Assembly: GCA_041690295.1 (NCBI GenBank) | Contig: JAWLHR010000006.1 | Coordinates: forward strand, 83,151-147,150 | From: Bdellovibrionales bacterium | GTDB lineage: Bacteria > Bdellovibrionota > Bdellovibrionia > Bdellovibrionales > UBA1609 | Length of the DNA stretch: 64,000 nt | Direction of reading: 5' to 3' | In this document: positions 58,976 to 64,000 of the stretch, one piece after another | Position numbering within the stretch: the stretch's first letter is position 1 | Layout: every line of letters begins with the position of its first letter | The notes under the pieces: generated by a model | What the model was told of the DNA's origin: nothing | The model's database searches: none | Seen by the model: only the letters and a program-made list of their open reading frames with translations | Translations under genes and position numbers: made by a program

Positions 58976-60892
58976 ATGTCTAAAATTATCGGCATCGATT
59001 TAGGTACGACAAATTCGGTTGTGGCAGTGATGGAAGGTGGCGTACCGAAAGTTTTGGTGAATGAAGAAGGGGCGCGAACCACTCCCTCCGTGGTGGCGTT
59101 CACGAAAGACGGTGAAAAGTTGGTGGGACAGATCGCGAAACGGCAAGCGGTCACCAACCCGGAAAACACCATTTACTCCGCGAAGCGTTTCATCGGCCGA
59201 AGGCTCGAAGAAGTGCAAAAAGAAATCGAGCTTGTGCCCTATAAAGTTGTTCGTAAAGGCAACGACACGGCTTTCGAAGTTCGCGGCAAGCAAATCACTC
59301 CCGAAGAAATTTCCGCCTCGGTTCTCGCGAAACTTAAAAAAGTGGCCGAGGATTATCTCGGTCAGGAAGTGAAAGAAGCGGTGATTACCGTTCCCGCTTA
59401 CTTTAACGATGCTCAACGCCAGGCCACGAAAGATGCCGGTCGAATCGCCGGGCTGGAAGTTAAACGGATCATCAACGAGCCGACCGCGGCCGCCTTGGCT
59501 TACGGCTTGGATAAAAAAGGCGACCAGAAAATCGCCATCTACGACTTCGGTGGCGGTACATTCGACATTTCGATTCTTGAAGTCGGCGACAATGTGGTCG
59601 AAGTGAAAGCCACGAACGGTGACACTCACCTGGGTGGTGACAATTTCGACGAACGCATCCTGCTTTGGATGATCGACGAGTTCAAAAAAGATCAGGGTAT
59701 TGATCTTAAAAACGACAAAATGGCTTTGCAGCGCTTAAAAGAAGCCGCCGAAAAAGCCAAAATTGAATTGAGTTCGGCTCTTGAAACCGAAATCAACCTG
59801 CCGTTCATCACCGCGGACCAAAGCGGTCCCAAACACTTGGCGATGAAACTCACTCGCGCCAAGTTCGAGCAGTTGATCGAAGATCTTGTTCAGCGCTCGC
59901 TTGAGCCGATGAAAAAGTGTCTTGCTGACTCCGGCCTTAAAGCTTCGGACATCGACGAAGTCGTCTTGGTCGGTGGTTCCACGCGGGTTCCGTTGATTCA
60001 AAAATCGGTTAAGGAGTTCTTCGGTAAAGAACCCAACCGCTCGGTGAATCCGGACGAAGTCGTGGCGATCGGCGCCGCCGTTCAAGGTGGTGTGTTGGCC
60101 GGTGAAGTGAAAGACGTGTTGTTGCTCGACGTGACACCGCTGTCTCTGGGTATCGAAACCCTGGGCGGTGTGATGACCAAGTTGATCGATCGCAACACCA
60201 CGATCCCCACGCGCAAGTCGCAGATCTTCTCGACCGCCGCGGACAACCAAAGCAGCGTGGACATTCACGTGCTGCAGGGTGAGCGGGAAATGGCCGCGGA
60301 TAATAAATCCCTGGGCCGTTTCGAGTTGACCGGTATTCCTCCTGCTCCTCGCGGAGTTCCGCAGATCGAAGTGACTTTTGATATCGATGCGAACGGTATC
60401 TTGAATGTGACCGCCAAGGATATGGGGTCCGGCAAAGAGCAAGCGATCAAGATTACCGCCAAATCAGGTCTCACCGAGGACGAGATAAAGCGCATGGTTC
60501 GCGATGCGGAAGAGCATGCTGAAGAAGATAAGCGTAAACGCGAGGCCATCACGCATCGGAACAATCTCGATAACCTGGTCTACCAGTCCGAGAAACTGGT
60601 GCGCGATAACAAAGACAAACTTGATGAAGCCGATATCAAACCGCTTCAAGAGCAGATCGATAAGGCCAAGGCTGTGTTGAACAATGCCGCGGCCAGCGCC
60701 GATGAGCTGAAATCCGCTCTGGATGCGTTGACTTCGGCGAGCCACACGATCAGCGCGAAACTTTATGAAAAAACCAAAGCCAGCGCGGATACGGGCGGCG
60801 GCGGTGCCGCAGGTGGCGGTACGGCGGGCGACCAAGGCAATGGTAAGTCCGACGGCGACGTCATTGATGCGGAATACAAGGACGTCAAGTAA
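58976..60892 (+). CDS. dnaK: Chaperone DnaK
   Basis: '[10 protein letters not shown]', '[18 protein letters not shown]', '[14 protein letters not shown]'. Confidence 0.99.
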   Translation: MSKIIGIDLGTTNSVVAVMEGGVPKVLVNEEGARTTPSVVAFTKDGEKLVGQIAKRQAVTNPENTIYSAKRFIGRRLEEVQKEIELVPYKVVRKGNDTAFEVRGKQITPEEISASVLAKLKKVAEDYLGQEVKEAVITVPAYFNDAQRQATKDAGRIAGLEVKRIINEPTAAALAYGLDKKGDQKIAIYDFGGGTFDISILEVGDNVVEVKATNGDTHLGGDNFDERILLWMIDEFKKDQGIDLKNDKMALQRLKEAAEKAKIELSSALETEINLPFITADQSGPKHLAMKLTRAKFEQLIEDLVQRSLEPMKKCLADSGLKASDIDEVVLVGGSTRVPLIQKSVKEFFGKEPNRSVNPDEVVAIGAAVQGGVLAGEVKDVLLLDVTPLSLGIETLGGVMTKLIDRNTTIPTRKSQIFSTAADNQSSVDIHVLQGEREMAADNKSLGRFELTGIPPAPRGVPQIEVTFDIDANGILNVTAKDMGSGKEQAIKITAKSGLTEDEIKRMVRDAEEHAEEDKRKREAITHRNNLDNLVYQSEKLVRDNKDKLDEADIKPLQEQIDKAKAVLNNAAASADELKSALDALTSASHTISAKLYEKTKASADTGGGGAAGGGTAGDQGNGKSDGDVIDAEYKDVK

Positions 60893-60908
60893 CGTATAGG
60901 TCCTTCAA

Positions 60909-60946
60909 AATAAAAAAGCGCGCTCATCAGGCGCGCTTTTTTTATT
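60909..60946. terminator. Bidirectional rho-independent terminator
   Basis: AAAAAAGCGCGC-N7-GCGCGCTTTTTTT between convergent genes. Confidence 0.9.
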
Positions 60947-60961
60947 GGCCGAGTTGGCGGC

Positions 60962-61663
60962 TTAGTAAGCGTCTTCTTCAGGAATCGGTTCCATGCGGTT
61001 GGGTTGAACCGGAACCGTGGATTTTAAGCGATTTCTCGGCGTCGGATCGGCCACATCGCCGAAATAATAAACCACACCGAAATTCAAGAAACCCGGTGCC
61101 TCGGTCAAATCCACGCCGATTTCACCGATGAACTGCAAGCTTTTCCATTTTTCCACTTGAACCTGAACCCCACCCACCATTTGAAGAGTGGCTTTGTCGG
61201 AATCAAGAGAGTCATTGTCATGGTCTCTCATGCGAAGACCCAGCGGAACCGCGCCGTAGGGGGTGAATACCGTTCCCTGATACTCGAAGGTTTTACTGAT
61301 CAAAGGTTCGAAACGGATGGTCACGTCGGTCATGTCGTCGTCGTTGCCATAAATTAGGCCGATGCCAAAGCCCATGGCGGGTTGCTTATCCACGTCGGGG
61401 ATGGGCATCCATTTAAACATGGCACCCAAGAAGGTATCCATTTCGCCAAAACCGCCGATCACTCGCAGACCAAACTCATCACTGATTCCCATATCGCCGC
61501 GAACGCCAAGGTTCAGCTTGGAGTTTTCGGTCAGAACTTGCATATTGCCGGTCAGTTTGTAGAGTCCGCTGGGCAGAATTTCGCCCGTATCCAATACCGA
61601 GTAATAGGCCGAGGCTGGGACGGCGGCCATCAACAGAGTCAAAACCAATGCGCGTGAGATCAT
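60962..61663 (-). CDS. Hypothetical outer-membrane beta-barrel protein
   Basis: Signal peptide ASA-Y; amphipathic strands. Confidence 0.75.
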   Translation of the reverse strand: MISRALVLTLLMAAVPASAYYSVLDTGEILPSGLYKLTGNMQVLTENSKLNLGVRGDMGISDEFGLRVIGGFGEMDTFLGAMFKWMPIPDVDKQPAMGFGIGLIYGNDDDMTDVTIRFEPLISKTFEYQGTVFTPYGAVPLGLRMRDHDNDSLDSDKATLQMVGGVQVQVEKWKSLQFIGEIGVDLTEAPGFLNFGVVYYFGDVADPTPRNRLKSTVPVQPNRMEPIPEEDAY

Positions 61664-61746
61664 ATTCCCCCCTTAGCGACCCCTCGAGAATAAGCCGATG
61701 GGAAAGCGTTTGACAAGGAAAGCCCGCTCTTAAATCCTGACTGCTC

Positions 61747-62523
61747 ATGACCGCGCTCTCACTTGTCGTCATCACTCGTAACGCCGAGGCGCATATCGCC
61801 CGATGCATTCGCTCGGTTCCGTTCGCATCCGATATTGTGGTGCTGGACAGCGGCAGCGAAGATCAGACCGTCACCATTGCTAAAAATTTAGGCGCCCGAG
61901 TATTCATTGAAGAATGGCGCGGATTCGGGCCGCAAAAACGCCGGGCGACGGAGCTGGCGAAAACCGATTGGATTTTGAGTTTGGATGCGGACGAGGCACT
62001 GAGCGAAGACTCACAGCGCGAACTGGCGGAATTTTTGAAAAACGAACCGCCGCTCGCGGCGTACGCCTTTCCGCGAGTGAGCTATCATCTAGGGCGATGG
62101 ATCTGGCATGGCGGTTGGTACCCGGATTGGCAGGTGCGACTCTACGATCGACGTCGTGCCAACTGGAGTAACGCCCAAATTCACGAAAAAATTCAATGTG
62201 ATCGGATCGGCTATTTAAAAAAGCCGATCGAGCATCTGGTGTTCAAGGACTTGGCCGATCAGGTGAACACCAATAATCGTTATTCCACGCTGGGAAGCGA
62301 AACACTGGCGAAAAAAGGCCGACGGTTTTGGCTGATTCATTTGTTAATCAAACCCAAAGTGAAATTTCTCGAAACCTACGTTTGGAAACGTGGATTTTTG
62401 GACGGGCTTCCGGGGTTTATCATCGCGGTGGGGGCCGCTTACTCGGTTTTTCTTAAGTGGGCGAAACTTTGGGAATATGAAAAAGTAAAGTCCAAGAACT
62501 TGCAACGTCCGCAGGAAAAGTGA
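61747..62523 (+). CDS. Glycosyltransferase family 2 (WaaE/KdtX-like)
   Basis: 'VITRNAE', 'DSGSEDQT', 'WILSLDADE', 'YPDWQVRL', 'GFLDG'. Confidence 0.93.
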   Translation: MTALSLVVITRNAEAHIARCIRSVPFASDIVVLDSGSEDQTVTIAKNLGARVFIEEWRGFGPQKRRATELAKTDWILSLDADEALSEDSQRELAEFLKNEPPLAAYAFPRVSYHLGRWIWHGGWYPDWQVRLYDRRRANWSNAQIHEKIQCDRIGYLKKPIEHLVFKDLADQVNTNNRYSTLGSETLAKKGRRFWLIHLLIKPKVKFLETYVWKRGFLDGLPGFIIAVGAAYSVFLKWAKLWEYEKVKSKNLQRPQEK

Positions 62524-62536
62524 TTGTGGGGGAGTT

Positions 62537-63685
62537 ATGCGGAAGTTTCGTATTGCTGTCTTAGGCGCGGTGACGGGATTACTTTTGTTCTCGATGGATT
62601 CGCAAGCTAAGGATGAATCTTGCGAGTGTCCAAAGCTGGCCTGCGATCCTTGCAGTGTGAATCAGGGTGTGACGTTTTTTACTGAAAAGTGCGGACCGAA
62701 TAATTCCAAAGTTAAAAGTTGCGCGAGACCGACTTGTATTCCCGTGGATCGCGCGACCGCCGAATGCCCCAATCCTCCGGCCGCGGGTTCAGGCCCGAGG
62801 GAGCCGATCGTGGTGACTGATGTAGGACAGATGGATGCGGCCGATGATCGCTCCGCTACGGCTGTGGGTCGGGTGAAGGTGATTAAAGGTTCAGTGTCGA
62901 TCGTGAGCGCGGATGGTAAGAAGAGTGTGATTCAAAAGGAAGCCTCTTTGCGCGAGACCGACACCATCGCTGCTGGAGCTGACGGTTCGGCGCTGGTGGG
63001 GTTTGACGGCGGCAATAAAATGCATGTGCATCCGGGTACGGAAGTGAAAGTTAAGGAATTTAAAAATCCAAACGAGTCCGCGAGCCGAAAAGTTTTGCTG
63101 AATTTGATCAAAGGGCGGATCCGAAATCAGGTTGAGCAGAAGTACAATGGCAAAACTTCATATTTCAAAGTGGAAACCAAAGCGGCGGTGGCGGGCGTGC
63201 GGGGAACCGATTTCGTTATCGAACAAAACCTGGGTGATGTGATTGAAACCCGAGTTGAGACTTTGGACGGAAAAGTGGTTTTCGGCGGGAAAAGCGGTGA
63301 TAAATCGCATGTGCTTGAGCGAGGCGAAGGCGCGACCTTTACGATTCCCAAGGCGGCGGACTCGGCCACCAGCGAGTTCTTTGCCAATGGAACTTTGTCC
63401 CCGATTTATAAAATCCCAGCCGAGCGGCTGCGTGAACTGGAGATTGATTCACGTGTCGACGTGGCTCGCGCGTCTAAGGTGGGTCCGGCTCGACCCGCGG
63501 AAAAGGAAATTTGCGATAATCCGAAGGGCTTTTTGGACCAATGCTCATGGCAGAGAGTCGGCGAGGCCTGCGTCCGCCGCCGCTGTAACGCCAATGGGGT
63601 GTGGGCCGAAGAGACGAAGCTGCCCTCAAGCTCGATGAGCCTGTGCCCGGCCAAGGGCTTCACCGTGAAGGAGTGCGATTACTAA
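62537..63685 (+). CDS. Secreted FecR-domain protein with Cys-rich N- and C-terminal modules
   Basis: 'VETKAAVAGVRGTDF' FecR motif; 8 Cys in the N-terminal module and 6 in the C-terminal module. Confidence 0.85.
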   Translation: MRKFRIAVLGAVTGLLLFSMDSQAKDESCECPKLACDPCSVNQGVTFFTEKCGPNNSKVKSCARPTCIPVDRATAECPNPPAAGSGPREPIVVTDVGQMDAADDRSATAVGRVKVIKGSVSIVSADGKKSVIQKEASLRETDTIAAGADGSALVGFDGGNKMHVHPGTEVKVKEFKNPNESASRKVLLNLIKGRIRNQVEQKYNGKTSYFKVETKAAVAGVRGTDFVIEQNLGDVIETRVETLDGKVVFGGKSGDKSHVLERGEGATFTIPKAADSATSEFFANGTLSPIYKIPAERLRELEIDSRVDVARASKVGPARPAEKEICDNPKGFLDQCSWQRVGEACVRRRCNANGVWAEETKLPSSSMSLCPAKGFTVKECDY

Positions 63686-63815
63686 TTGGATCGGCCCGAT
63701 CGGCCCACCGGGACGATTAGGGTGTATGCGCCCCGGCTGCCGCCTCACGTCAATTAGGATCGATTTGCGCTTTGGGCCAACTTTCCCTATAACCTAGGGC
63801 TCCTTACACCCATAT

Positions 63816-63892
63816 GGCGACCGTAGCTCAGTTGGTAGAGCATCGGATTGTGATTCCGGGTGTCGCGGGTTCAAGCCCCGTCGGTCGCCCCA
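63816..63892 (+). tRNA. tRNA-His (GTG)
   Basis: G-1 plus GCGACCG/CGGTCGC acceptor stem, D arm AGCTCAGTTGGTAGAGC, anticodon GTG, T loop GGTTCAAGCCC, encoded CCA. Confidence 0.96.
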
Positions 63893-63902
63893 TTTACTTC
63901 TC

Positions 63903-63954
63903 GGTCCATTCCGGACACATAGTTTACAGATTGTTCCGATCACATGGTTTACAG
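63903..63954. mobile_element. Probable IS481-family-like terminal repeat
   Basis: Tandem 21-mers TTCCGGACACATAGTTTACAG and TTCCGATCACATGGTTTACAG, 10 bp after the tRNA CCA. Confidence 0.5.
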
Positions 63955-64000
63955 TTTTACGGTAAACGGGTTTTGCCCTGGCTCCACCCGATCCGCTTCC

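Noticed and set aside
59000..60835. Long antisense ORFs within dnaK
   Set aside because: Well-known antisense open frames caused by codon bias in dnaK.
63689..63706. GATCGGCCC tandem duplication
   Set aside because: Only two 9-bp copies; can arise by chance or slippage.

Overview
Bacterial chromosomal segment, most likely from a predatory Bdellovibrionota (Bdellovibrio-like) organism. This is inferred from a long mosaic trimeric-fibre adhesin, many secreted or lipoprotein hypotheticals, a Bdellovibrio-style Cys-rich FecR protein and the pilA-clpSA-dnaJK neighbourhood. Housekeeping content: putA, proBA, mutS2, lnt, htpX, clpS-clpA, a type IV pilin, dnaJ-dnaK, tRNA-His, S41/S8/M10/rhomboid proteases and an Slt lytic transglycosylase. 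Accessory or unexplained elements: (1) a RAYT-like HUH/Y1 transposase whose stop codon lies inside a 50-bp-period tandem repeat array, with a 23-bp direct repeat pair upstream; (2) two dispersed GTAG-initiated palindromes (REP/REPIN-like) with compensatory changes; (3) an NnrR-type Crp/Fnr regulator with a perfect NnrR-like box, divergent from a DUF2249/DUF59 operon that ends in an internally deleted methyltransferase pseudogene; (4) a long structured hairpin upstream of putA (candidate ncRNA); (5) a recurring GTCTCA-N3-TGAGAC-type motif upstream of sigma54-like promoters, plus sigma28-like and heat-shock-like promoter sets; (6) an IS481-like terminal repeat directly after tRNA-His. All assignments come from motif recognition by eye; no database searches were run.
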